This document shows, in pieces, positions 19,232-28,474 of a stretch of 64,000 bases of DNA. The position numbers and the translations under genes are program-made. Source of the DNA: an uncultured Verrucomicrobiae bacterium (GTDB taxonomy: Bacteria; Verrucomicrobiota; Verrucomicrobiia; Chthoniobacterales; JAFAMB01); contig CAVXLD010000010.1 of NCBI GenBank assembly GCA_963762565.1, positions 384,001-448,000 on the forward strand, read 5' to 3'. Each line of letters starts with the position of its first letter. Position 1 is the first letter of the stretch. The notes below the pieces were generated by a model, which was given only the letters and a program-made list of their open reading frames with translations, searched no databases and was not told the origin of the DNA.

Positions 19232-20695
19232 CTATCCCGACGTTTTCTGCAACGTCCAAACCTCGCCGTCTCCCATCCGTTTAATGACCACTTGGGTCGG
19301 ACGAATATCCAGGATCCGATACGTTTGACCGGGCTCGTCCGGGAGAGAAAAGTCGTGGTCGAGCTCGACTTTGATCTTTTGACCGGTCGAGTTCACAACC
19401 AGAACCGCGTAGGCGCCGTGCTCCCGGGTCGGAATGCCTTTTATTAATGAAATAGTCTGACCGGTGCGCTCGTGGCGCAGCTTAACCAAGGATGCGTCCA
19501 CTACATTTCCATCCTTATCGTTAACGCTGCGCGATTCGACATCAACAACGCGATAGCTCATGCCTTTGAGTGTGTCGCCGACGGTCACCGTGTAAGTAGA
19601 GCCGTCAGCGCTGCGAAGCGTTGCTTTTTTCCCATGCACTTCGTCTAGGGTCACCGGCAAGAACGCCTCATCTACCTCCTCTACTCGGATCTTGCCCGTC
19701 ACCGATGACCCGCCAGCGACATTGGCTGCCGGTGTCGGACCGGGGGAAGTCGGATGAGCCGAGCCGGACGGAGTCGGCATATTCAAAATATCAGCGTCGG
19801 AGATGGCCGGAGACTTTCCAGAACTCGCCGGAGAAGTTGCCTCCGGGTTCGCGCTGGGCGAAGCGACTGCCACCGGGGTGCCACTCGGTGCCGGCGCGTG
19901 GCGTAGCAACTCTGCAATATCGCTGAAGCCTTTTTCCGCAGCGACCGCCTGAGCAGCTTGCCCGCCTTGGTCCGTCAACGATGCATCGGCGCCAGCCTGT
20001 AGTAACAGTTGGACAATGTCCTTATTTCCCTTGCCTGCCGCCAATATCAATGGGGTACGGCCATCGCTGGCTCTGAAGTCAACCTCGGCCCCGCTGTCGA
20101 GCAAAATCTTGACCGCATCTTTCCTCTCCATCAGCGTCGCTACTAATAAGGCTCGGTCCAGCTCGAGCTTGGAATGGCTAGCCAGAATCTCGATACACTT
20201 CGCATTCCCTTGGTAGGCGGCCTTCAGAACGGCACTCCATCCATTTTTATCTTGGCGATTCGGATCTGCGCCCCGGCCGAGCAACAATTTTACAATCTCC
20301 GGTTGATTGTTTTCGGCCGCCAACATCAGCGCGGTGACGCCGTCCCGGCCGGCCGCATTAGGATCAGCTTTATGATCCAACAGCAACTTGATGATATCGG
20401 GACGCCCCCGTTCCGAAGCCACCATCAAACCGGTGTAACCGGCGTTGTTCGGCGTATTGACATCAAACCCGGCGGCCAAGAACAATCCGAACGCCTTTTG
20501 ATCACCTTCGGCAGCGGAGCGTACAAAATCATCGCCGTTTAATTGGAAGTTTAGTGCATTTAATTCTTTGATCAGGTCTTCCTTCGATTTGCTACAGCCG
20601 AACAAGGGCAGCAAGAAGAGCGCTGCCAACAGAGTCTGAAATAGTCGCCCAGGCTTCGAAAAAGCGGTCAACGCAGAAAGGATCACGGATACCAC
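19232..20695 (-). CDS. Ankyrin-repeat lipoprotein with beta-rich C-terminal domain
   Basis: Lipobox LFGC, about 6 ankyrin repeats (G.T.LM.A..G..), S/P/A linker and a roughly 150-aa beta domain. Confidence 0.85.
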   Translation of the reverse strand: MVSVILSALTAFSKPGRLFQTLLAALFLLPLFGCSKSKEDLIKELNALNFQLNGDDFVRSAAEGDQKAFGLFLAAGFDVNTPNNAGYTGLMVASERGRPDIIKLLLDHKADPNAAGRDGVTALMLAAENNQPEIVKLLLGRGADPNRQDKNGWSAVLKAAYQGNAKCIEILASHSKLELDRALLVATLMERKDAVKILLDSGAEVDFRASDGRTPLILAAGKGNKDIVQLLLQAGADASLTDQGGQAAQAVAAEKGFSDIAELLRHAPAPSGTPVAVASPSANPEATSPASSGKSPAISDADILNMPTPSGSAHPTSPGPTPAANVAGGSSVTGKIRVEEVDEAFLPVTLDEVHGKKATLRSADGSTYTVTVGDTLKGMSYRVVDVESRSVNDKDGNVVDASLVKLRHERTGQTISLIKGIPTREHGAYAVLVVNSTGQKIKVELDHDFSLPDEPGQTYRILDIRPTQVVIKRMGDGEVWTLQKTSG

Positions 20696-20779
20696 GCTCT
20701 TCTATAATGACCTGCGACGGGTATGTCGAGCACAGCCTGCAAGGCTAAAAAATGCCTGCGCATTTTTGAGCCTTGCAGG

Positions 20780-22780
20780 CTAGCGGAACATCGTTTGCCC
20801 GCCGTCTTTTCCAATCTGCCGGCGCACTCGGAAGATGTGGGCCGGACGCGAATTCGGTTCTAGCATCACGAAGTTACGGCGGCCCCGCCAGACGAACCGT
20901 TCGCTGGTTAGCAGATCCTCAACCTGGTAGGCCTCATTCTCACCGATCCCGAACCGATCAACCGGCACGGAAGCAAACCCACTCTGCGTATGGAAAGGAT
21001 CCAGCGAGACCGCGATCAGGATGATGTTATCAAGGCTGGCCGTCGCCTTTGAGTAGAAAAGAATCTGATCGTTTTCCACCCCATGAAATTCCAGGTTCTC
21101 GTAGATTTGCAAAGCCCGGTTCTCTCCTCGAATACGATTCAGCTGGGTCAGATAGGCCTTGATGTTACCTGGCGCATCCCAATCTCGTTCTTTGAACTGA
21201 TATTTCTCTGAATTGAGATATTCTTCGCGATTTGGAATGGGCACATTCTCGCAAAGCTCGAATCCGCTGTAGATCCCATAGACCGTGCTCAGCGTGCTGG
21301 CCAGAACCGCGCGGATCAGAAATGCGGGACGGCCCCCCGTCTGCAAAAACAAAGGCAGTATATCGGGGGTGTTAGTAAAGAAATTACCGCGGAAATAATA
21401 CTTCATGTCCGTGCTACAGAGCTCGGTTAAGTACTCCGTCAGCTCGTACTTCGTATTCCGCCAGGTAAAATAGGTATAGGACTGGGTAAACCCGCACTTG
21501 GCCAGAGCCTTCATCATTTTTGGTCGAGTGAACGCTTCCGCCAGGAAAATAACATCGGGGTAATCAGTTCGGATCTCGCGAATTAGCCATTCCCAGAACG
21601 CGAACGGCTTCGTATGCGGATTATCGACCCTGAATGTGCGAACGTTATGCTGAGCCCAAAAGAGAATGACCGACTTCATCTCTTCCCAAAGGGCGCGCCA
21701 ATTCGGATTATGGAAATTCAGCGGGTAAACGTCCTCATACTTCTTGGGAGGGTTTTCGGCATATTTGATCGTGCCGTCCGGCCGATGAAAAAACCATTCC
21801 GGATGCTCGGTGACGTAAGGATGATCCGGAGAACAGTTGATCGCAAAATCCAGGGCTACTTCAAGGCCTCGAGCTCGGATCTCTTTTACCAACCAATCGA
21901 AGTCTTCGAGTGTCCCCAGTTCAGGTTCGACCGCTTTGTGCCCTCCAAACTTGCTGCCGATCGCGTAGGGGACACCAGGATCATCCGGCTCGGCCGTGAC
22001 CGAATTATTCTTCCCTTTTCGTTTGGTGAAGCCGATCGGGTGGATCGGGGGAAAATAAATGACGTTAAATCCCATCGCCCTGGCGTCGTCGACTCTGGGA
22101 AGGCAATCCCGGAACTTGGAGCCGCGATCAGCCAGACCCTGAGCGGAGCGAGGAAAAAATTCGTACCACGCCGCAAACAAAGCTTCTGGCCGATCCACAG
22201 TGACCTTGAGGTAAGGAGTGTATTCAGTGCTTAAGGCCCGGTCAGGCCAAGCCCTCATTAGCCCTATCAGCTCAATCTCTTTTGCGATCTGCGACCCTTC
22301 AGCAGCATCCGCCTTTCTCAAAAGCCCGGCGAAGTACAGAAGCCGTTCTTTGTCAGCTTTCTGGCCGCTCCGGGAAGCAGTTTTTTCTATCAGGTTCGCG
22401 CCTTCTCCTATCTCGGTAGCCAACTCAGTAATTCCGGCGCTAAATTTTTTGTCGTATTCCACCCGCCACGACGCGAACTCGTCTCCCCAAGCCTCAATCG
22501 TTAGCTCATATTCTCCGTTCTCGACGAAATGAGCGATGCCGGACCATCGATCATTTTCCGCCTGAGTCATTGGTGTTTCCCACCATTCCTCGACATCAAG
22601 CGGGCGCCACTTCAATACCGCAGCCACCAGATCATGGCCGTCCTTAAAAATGTCGGCTGAGACGGCCAATTCTTGGTCAACAACCCGTTTCACAGGATAT
22701 CGGCCGCCATCTAGAAGGGGCGACAGATTCTCAATCACTACACTTGGAAACCGTTCTGGGGATGGTCTGGAGGTGTTCAC
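20780..22780 (-). CDS. glgE: Alpha-1,4-glucan:maltose-1-phosphate maltosyltransferase
   Basis: GGRYPVKR, WYEFFPRS, PPIHPIG, YAENPPKKYED, FRVDNPHTKP, LAEAFTRP and NTPDIL motifs. Confidence 0.97.
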   Translation of the reverse strand: MNTSRPSPERFPSVVIENLSPLLDGGRYPVKRVVDQELAVSADIFKDGHDLVAAVLKWRPLDVEEWWETPMTQAENDRWSGIAHFVENGEYELTIEAWGDEFASWRVEYDKKFSAGITELATEIGEGANLIEKTASRSGQKADKERLLYFAGLLRKADAAEGSQIAKEIELIGLMRAWPDRALSTEYTPYLKVTVDRPEALFAAWYEFFPRSAQGLADRGSKFRDCLPRVDDARAMGFNVIYFPPIHPIGFTKRKGKNNSVTAEPDDPGVPYAIGSKFGGHKAVEPELGTLEDFDWLVKEIRARGLEVALDFAINCSPDHPYVTEHPEWFFHRPDGTIKYAENPPKKYEDVYPLNFHNPNWRALWEEMKSVILFWAQHNVRTFRVDNPHTKPFAFWEWLIREIRTDYPDVIFLAEAFTRPKMMKALAKCGFTQSYTYFTWRNTKYELTEYLTELCSTDMKYYFRGNFFTNTPDILPLFLQTGGRPAFLIRAVLASTLSTVYGIYSGFELCENVPIPNREEYLNSEKYQFKERDWDAPGNIKAYLTQLNRIRGENRALQIYENLEFHGVENDQILFYSKATASLDNIILIAVSLDPFHTQSGFASVPVDRFGIGENEAYQVEDLLTSERFVWRGRRNFVMLEPNSRPAHIFRVRRQIGKDGGQTMFR

Positions 22781-23787
22781 GCCGCGTTTGGGAGAGGCTT
22801 CGGTTGGTCAGGTAGTTCAGTCAAAAAGTTCTCGAAGAACCTAAAGCCTGGAAGCGAGGAAGCAACTTCTCGCAAATTCTCGATCGCCGGACCGATGTGC
22901 CGGAGAAATTCGGGTTTCCGCCGGCGTACACCGATAACACCATAAGCTCCCAGCGCCTGTAAGAGCCTTTGCAGGGCGCACCGAAGGAACAAATCCATGA
23001 ATTCTTCTCGCGTCCCGCCATATCCACATCCTTCCAGATAGTAGTCAATCAGCTGTTCTCGTTCCGCTGCGGACAAAGTCACATACGGGTCGTACAACAG
23101 CGAGGCCAGATCATACACGCCTAAACCTGGGCGCATCCCTTGAAAATCAATCAGATAGGCTTGTTCATCGCAAATCAGGATATTCTGCGATTGAAAATCG
23201 CGGTGGATCAAAACTCGGGGATATGCGGCTAGCTGCTCGGCTAAAGACAAGAATTCAGAGCGATCCGCAATTTCTCGAACCCGGCTCTCCTCAATTCGAA
23301 AACAAAGCTGGAAACAGTTCTGGAACCCATACTCTTGTTCCCAGCGGAACAAACTAGCATCGAATTCCGGAGGACCGTTCGGCGGCAGCCGCACCTCCGG
23401 ATCTGTCTTATGGAGAATCAGGATCTCATCCAGCGTGCGCCGGTACAGTTCGCCCCGAATCTCCCAATTCTCAGTGCGATGATGCCAAAGATCTTCATCC
23501 CCAAGATCTTGCAACCAAATCGAGCCTTGCTCCTCATCATGAAAGTAGATCAGGGGGGCATTTATTCCGATCCCGCTTAAAAAATTCGCAATTGCGACAA
23601 ACCTGGCATTCTCCCCGCGATCGACCCGATACTTAACCAGTATAAGCGAATCACCACCGAATCGGATCCGATAGTACTTTCGGTCGGAACCTCCTTTCTC
23701 GATCGGGTGAATATCGAAAACCCGGTCCTGGTAATGCGGGAATCGCTGGCGCGTCTCGCTAATCAAAGGCTCCAAGCTCAAGCTCAT
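22777..23787 (-). CDS. AmgK-like anomeric sugar kinase (APH family)
   Basis: GGSDRKYYRI, QDLGD, HRDFQSQNI, IDFQG, YDLASLLYDPY and QR.LQALGAYG motifs; coupled to a MurU-like gene. Confidence 0.82.
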   Translation of the reverse strand: MSLSLEPLISETRQRFPHYQDRVFDIHPIEKGGSDRKYYRIRFGGDSLILVKYRVDRGENARFVAIANFLSGIGINAPLIYFHDEEQGSIWLQDLGDEDLWHHRTENWEIRGELYRRTLDEILILHKTDPEVRLPPNGPPEFDASLFRWEQEYGFQNCFQLCFRIEESRVREIADRSEFLSLAEQLAAYPRVLIHRDFQSQNILICDEQAYLIDFQGMRPGLGVYDLASLLYDPYVTLSAAEREQLIDYYLEGCGYGGTREEFMDLFLRCALQRLLQALGAYGVIGVRRRKPEFLRHIGPAIENLREVASSLPGFRFFENFLTELPDQPKPLPNAA

Positions 23788-24779
23788 ACAAAGTCGTGCT
23801 CGTCAAAAACTCCCTCTTGGACCTCGCGTCCCGCAACAATGCAATGCGTCAGTTTGACTCCAGTCCGGATGATTGAATTTGGCCAAACGATCGCATTACG
23901 CAGCTTTGCTGCACTTTCAATCACGGAGTTTGCGCCTACCCAACTATCTTCGCTGATTTCAGCGCCTGGACTGACTCTAGCGCTGGGATCGATCCGAGCC
24001 GGCCAAGCAGGGTCAGCCAAATAGGCCGGCCGCCAAGCTTCGCAGGCAATGGCTCGATGGATTCGCAGGTATTCTGCTCGTTTCCCGATGTTGAACCATT
24101 GGCCTTCTTCGACGACGGCGCCTCCGACCTGGCCACTGCGACTAATCCAATCAACCAGAACCGGGATAAACGAAGTCTTTTTGTTCGCAGGAATCTGCGT
24201 GATAACCGACGGGTCCCATACTGAGATATTTGCGAAGTCGAACGTACCAGGGATTCCACTTTTCAACATCTGACGCACATCGACAACCAGCCCTGCGCGG
24301 GCTTCAAAGCTAACGTCGGTGGATAAACCTGTCGTCCGCAAGGCCAACGTCACAAGCCGACCGCTCGAAACGTGGGCACTGACAAGGTGATCAAGATCGA
24401 GATCAGTCAAGAGGTCGCCGCTGTAGACCAAAAATGGCTCGTCTCCAAGTAGCGGAGCCGCATTCCGGATGCCGCCGCCGGTTTCCAGCAAAGCCGGTTC
24501 GTAAAGTATCCTGACTTCTCTTCCGCGATAGGACCCGGTAGGGACGAGCTCCGGCTTGTCCGTCTTTGCATCGAACAACTCGCCTATTTGCTCCGGGAGA
24601 TGGTGGGTGTTGACCACGAAGCGCTCGACTCCGTAGGCGATCAAATGATCCAACACAAAAGTGATGATTGGTTTGCCGAATATCGGCAGCAGCGGCTTAG
24701 GAACTAAATCGGTTAACGGCCGAAGTCTGGTACCCAGCCCTGCGCCGAGCACAAACGCCGTGCGAATCCGAGGAGCCAT
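23784..24779 (-). CDS. Sugar-phosphate nucleotidyltransferase (MurU/GCD1-like) with left-handed beta-helix tail
   Basis: LGAGLGTRLRPLT..PKPL, VNTHHL and LLETGGGI motifs. Confidence 0.88.
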   Translation of the reverse strand: MAPRIRTAFVLGAGLGTRLRPLTDLVPKPLLPIFGKPIITFVLDHLIAYGVERFVVNTHHLPEQIGELFDAKTDKPELVPTGSYRGREVRILYEPALLETGGGIRNAAPLLGDEPFLVYSGDLLTDLDLDHLVSAHVSSGRLVTLALRTTGLSTDVSFEARAGLVVDVRQMLKSGIPGTFDFANISVWDPSVITQIPANKKTSFIPVLVDWISRSGQVGGAVVEEGQWFNIGKRAEYLRIHRAIACEAWRPAYLADPAWPARIDPSARVSPGAEISEDSWVGANSVIESAAKLRNAIVWPNSIIRTGVKLTHCIVAGREVQEGVFDEHDFV

Positions 24780-24833
24780 GAACGGTTTGCAGCGTAGAGA
24801 AGGAGTTCAAGGAGTTCAAGCTTTGGTAGGGCG

Positions 24834-25150
24834 CGTGGAGCGTTGCCTCGCTTGCGAGGCCGAAGGGGTCGCCACCCGTGGAGCGTTGCCTCGCTTGCGA
24901 GGCCGAAAGGGGTCGCCACCCGTGGAGCGTTGCCTCGCTTGCGAGGCCGAAAGGGGTCGCCACCCGTGGAGCGTTGCCTCGCTGGCGAGGCCGTGGTGAC
25001 CATGGCAAGAGGGCGGCGCCAGCTTGCCGGCTTGCTGCGCTCTTTCGTCAAATATCTAGGAGACAATAGCAGAGCGCAGACAGAAACCGGCATGCGTCGC
25101 GTATTCTCGTTGTTCGCAACGGCCTCGCAAGCGAGGCAGCGCTCCACGGG
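24834..25150. repeat. REP-like family R4: 43-44-bp tandem array plus one inverted copy
   Basis: CGTGGAGCGTTGCCTCGCTTGCGAGGCCG units start at 24834, 24877, 24921 and 24965 with near-identical linkers; inverted copy at 25120-25150. Confidence 0.92.
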
Positions 25151-25225
25151 TGTCGCTTCTTTGTTTCCTCTCAAATTTGACTTGTAGCTCCATCACGCTA
25201 AAAGGGGACGGCACCCCGTCACACC

Positions 25226-26383
25226 ATGAGATTGATTGTCTCCATTTTTCTCCTTGGCTTCTCGGTGGGCTCAGCGTTTGCGCAGAGCTCCAATTCGCCG
25301 GTCATCACGATTCGTAAGGGAACCGCTGTCGTGGTTGAAGTGAAAGAGGTCGGCGGTTCTGCCGGCGCCAACGCCGCGGCTGTTTTGAAAAATGATATCG
25401 AACTTTCAGGCTTTCTTTCTCTCGGAGATAGCGCCAACGCGACTATCGCGATTAGCGGAACCGCGCCAGGAAGCGGCTTCTCCGGGCAAGCCGCCGAGAA
25501 AAGCGGAAGTGTCGTGTTGCAGAAGAACTACTCAGGCGATACCCGGCATGCCGTCCATCAATTCATCGATGATTTGATAGAGACGCTTGCCGGCCAGAAA
25601 GGGATAGCCACTTCGCGAATCGCGTTCGTCGCCAACCGGACAGGTCACAAAGAGATTTACGTTGCTGATTATGACGGCGGGAATGCGGTCCAACTGACTC
25701 ATGACAACGTGATCAGTGTCGGTCCCAATTTATCCCCGGATGGACGCAAACTGGCTTACACCGGCTATCAAAGCGGCTACGCTGATATTTACCTGATCGA
25801 TCTCGCCAGCGGTGCTCGGAACCGGATCATTAAATATCCAGGTACCAATACGAGCGCGGCCATCTCCCCGGATGAATCGCGGATCGCTTGCACGATGAGT
25901 AAAGACGGGAACCCGGATATCTACGTGACGAGTATCAACGGAGATTCACCCCGGAGACTTACTCGCACTCATGCAACCAACTCCTCCCCTACCTGGTCCC
26001 CAAACGGAAGCGAGCTCATTTACTCTTCCGACGAGCGTGGCGGTCCGCAGCTCTATCGGATCTCGGCCGGCGGAGGGTCCGGCCATTTACTGTCGACTGG
26101 TTTTGGTTATTGCACGGAGCCCAATTGGTCACCCGATGGAAAGAAGGTTTGCTACAATGTCCGTAGCGGCGGTTCCTTTGAGGTAGCAATGACCGACCTC
26201 GAATCCGGCGCCACCAAGATAGTGACCGGGGAAGGCGAACGTCCAGCTTGGGGCCCAGACTCTCGCCATATAGTATTTGCCAGAGGATCCGGGCTTTTTA
26301 TCATTGACACGGTCAGCGGCAAGGAGGCTCGAATTATCGGCGACCTGGGACAAATCTCGGAACCGACTTGGTCCCATAACTGA
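25226..26383 (+). CDS. tolB: TolB-like beta-propeller (PD40 repeats)
   Basis: Signal peptide, RIAFV, EIYVADYDG and repeated P.WSPDG motifs; precedes pal. Confidence 0.9.
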   Translation: MRLIVSIFLLGFSVGSAFAQSSNSPVITIRKGTAVVVEVKEVGGSAGANAAAVLKNDIELSGFLSLGDSANATIAISGTAPGSGFSGQAAEKSGSVVLQKNYSGDTRHAVHQFIDDLIETLAGQKGIATSRIAFVANRTGHKEIYVADYDGGNAVQLTHDNVISVGPNLSPDGRKLAYTGYQSGYADIYLIDLASGARNRIIKYPGTNTSAAISPDESRIACTMSKDGNPDIYVTSINGDSPRRLTRTHATNSSPTWSPNGSELIYSSDERGGPQLYRISAGGGSGHLLSTGFGYCTEPNWSPDGKKVCYNVRSGGSFEVAMTDLESGATKIVTGEGERPAWGPDSRHIVFARGSGLFIIDTVSGKEARIIGDLGQISEPTWSHN

Positions 26384-26393
26384 ACACTCGACC

Positions 26394-26888
26394 ATGAACA
26401 AAAAAACGGTCCTATTCTATATCCTCGCCGCCGCTCTCACCGCTTGTCATCCGCAGCAAAAGCAGGAATACGCTGGAGTTGAAGGTGACACCGTGAACGG
26501 CGTTCCCCTACCAGAACGACAAGAAGGAACATCGTTCTTCGGCAGTAACGTATCGAGAAACCAATTTCAGCCGGTCTATTTCGCTTACGATAGTTCGGAA
26601 ATTCAGTCTTCAGAAGCTGGCAAGCTGCGACAGATCGCAGATTTCATGAAGCGAGCGCCGAACAATATTATCCTGGCTGGCTTCACGGATGAGCGCGGCA
26701 CGGAGGACTACAATCGGGCACTGGGCGAACGACGTGCTCAAGCAACGAGAAACTACCTAATCGGGCTTGGTGTATCCGGCTCTAGAATTCAGACCGTGAG
26801 TTTCGGTCTCGAAATGCCAGCAGACCCGGGCCACAACGAAGCCGCCTGGGCAAAGAATCGGCGTACCGAGATAGGAGTGATAAAGTAG
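26394..26888 (+). CDS. pal: Peptidoglycan-associated lipoprotein (OmpA-C domain)
   Basis: Lipobox LTAC, VYFAYDS, GFTDERGTEDYNRALGERRA and KNRR motifs. Confidence 0.92.
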   Translation: MNKKTVLFYILAAALTACHPQQKQEYAGVEGDTVNGVPLPERQEGTSFFGSNVSRNQFQPVYFAYDSSEIQSSEAGKLRQIADFMKRAPNNIILAGFTDERGTEDYNRALGERRAQATRNYLIGLGVSGSRIQTVSFGLEMPADPGHNEAAWAKNRRTEIGVIK

Positions 26889-27172
26889 CGTTTGGCGTTT
26901 GGCGTTTGGCGTTTGGCGTTTGGCGTTTGGCGTTCGGCGTTTGGCGTTTGGCGTTTGGCGTTCGGCGTTCGGCGTTCGGCGTTCGGCGTGCGGGCGTATG
27001 GCAGCCGCTGGGACTCATGGCAAATGAAAACCATGGGACATCTGGGGAGCTAAATGTGTCGACTGTCATATAAGTCCCATAGGTCCCATAAGTCCCATTT
27101 GTGCCACCTCTCCAAATGTGCGCCGCCTACAGGCCCATTAGCCCCCACGCCAAACGCCGAACGCCAAACGCC
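26888..27172. repeat. Fold-back element with (GGCGTTY)n and (RAACGCC)n arms
   Basis: About 14 heptamers at 26888-26989 and about 4 inverted copies at 27146-27172; the core contains (ARGTCCCAT)3. Confidence 0.92.
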
Positions 27173-27319
27173 TTCGCCCATTCGCCCTGTCGCAACAGCC
27201 GCCCGTTGCGCATTAGGCCCATTTACGCATCTTAACGGTTTACCGTGGGCTTTTTAAAGGTTACTAATTTGGCAGACGGACTTCATAGAGCGTCCGGTCC
27301 GCCGGCCACAGGCCGCAGC

Positions 27320-27907
27320 ATGGAAGACCTGCATCTGCTCGAAGACGAAGAATTGGTAACCCGCACTCAGGCTGGCGACACCCAGGCGTTCGATGTCCTC
27401 TGGCACAAGTACAGCCCCCGGATTTACTCGCTGGTGTACAACATGACCTCGAACCACGAGGACGCGAACGACCTCCTCCTCGAGGTTTTCGCCAAGGCTT
27501 TCCGGGCCATCAGCGGCTTTAAAGGCAAATCCAGCTTCTATACCTGGATCCATGCCATCGCCGTGAATATGACGATCAATTTCGTCAAAAAACGGGGGCG
27601 CCGTTTCCAAATGAGCTTGGACGATTTCGACTCGAATATCCATAACGATAAGGAGTTTATCGAGTTGACCGCCTCAAATACCCCAATTCGCGAGGTCGAT
27701 CTCTCAGAACTTCAACAGAGATTGAACGAAGCGATGATGAAGCTGTCTGTTGAGCATAGAGCAGTCGTTACCATGTTCGACATCCAGGGGATGCCGCACG
27801 CGGAAATCGCTAAGGTTCTGGGAGTGCCAGAAGCGACCGTACGCTCAAGACTGTTTTACGCACATCGGCAGTTGCAGAATTATTTGGAAGAGTTTAGAAA
27901 GCAATGA
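27320..27907 (+). CDS. ECF (RpoE-like) RNA polymerase sigma factor
   Basis: D.ELV...AGD..AF, DA.DL, F.GKSSFYTWI..IA.N and EIA.VLG....TVRSRLFYA motifs. Confidence 0.93.
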   Translation: MEDLHLLEDEELVTRTQAGDTQAFDVLWHKYSPRIYSLVYNMTSNHEDANDLLLEVFAKAFRAISGFKGKSSFYTWIHAIAVNMTINFVKKRGRRFQMSLDDFDSNIHNDKEFIELTASNTPIREVDLSELQQRLNEAMMKLSVEHRAVVTMFDIQGMPHAEIAKVLGVPEATVRSRLFYAHRQLQNYLEEFRKQ

Positions 27908-28386
27908 TGCTCGACGAACAGCAGGTACAGCAGCTACTTCGACTCAAGCGATTCGAGCAACCCCCCCCAGGGTATTTCGAACAAACACTGGACGAGCTCC
28001 ATTACCGGATGCGCGCGGCGGCTGTAAGCCGCTCAACCCGCAACCAATCAACACGCTTTAGTCGGTTACGGGAATTCTTCTCTAACCCGAACTCATTCCG
28101 AGTTCCTCAAGCCGCCTACGCGAGCGCTTTCGCGATTTTCTTGGTAGTCGCGACCTTGATGGGAACGGGTTTCTGGTCCCCCCGGCCTAAGTTTGATGTT
28201 TATAATGCAAGCACCGCTTCCGTCCAGAGTGACAATGGCGGAATCATGGGAGATCGAATCCAACTCACTGCGCTCAGGTCAAATCAGCAAGAGATTTTCC
28301 CAACAATCAAGCCGTCGGATAATGTGACGCCGAGGTATATCTTGAGCGGTCAACCGGTTAGCTACAATACACCTTCGAGTTTTTAA
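27904..28386 (+). CDS. Probable single-TM anti-sigma factor
   Basis: ATGA overlap with the sigma gene; LLRLKRFEQPPPGYF N-terminus; one TM helix. Confidence 0.65.
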   Translation: MMLDEQQVQQLLRLKRFEQPPPGYFEQTLDELHYRMRAAAVSRSTRNQSTRFSRLREFFSNPNSFRVPQAAYASAFAIFLVVATLMGTGFWSPRPKFDVYNASTASVQSDNGGIMGDRIQLTALRSNQQEIFPTIKPSDNVTPRYILSGQPVSYNTPSSF

Positions 28387-28474
28387 ATTCTGCACCTGGT
28401 GCTCCTGTCCTGATGCTTGTTGGACCAAAGGAACGCTCGTCGTTTCCCCCCTAACCCGATGATGAACGATTCTC

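Noticed and set aside
24834..24993. Possible CRISPR array (palindromic 29-bp repeats)
   Set aside because: Intervening sequences are near-identical 14-15-mers rather than unique spacers, there are no cas genes, and the unit recurs as a dispersed repeat.
24661..25187. Several overlapping 60-150-aa ORFs
   Set aside because: Translations of the R4 repeat array with no protein-family signal; the same applies to ORFs over other elements (e.g. 26782-27069, 12411-12689, 41843-42181).
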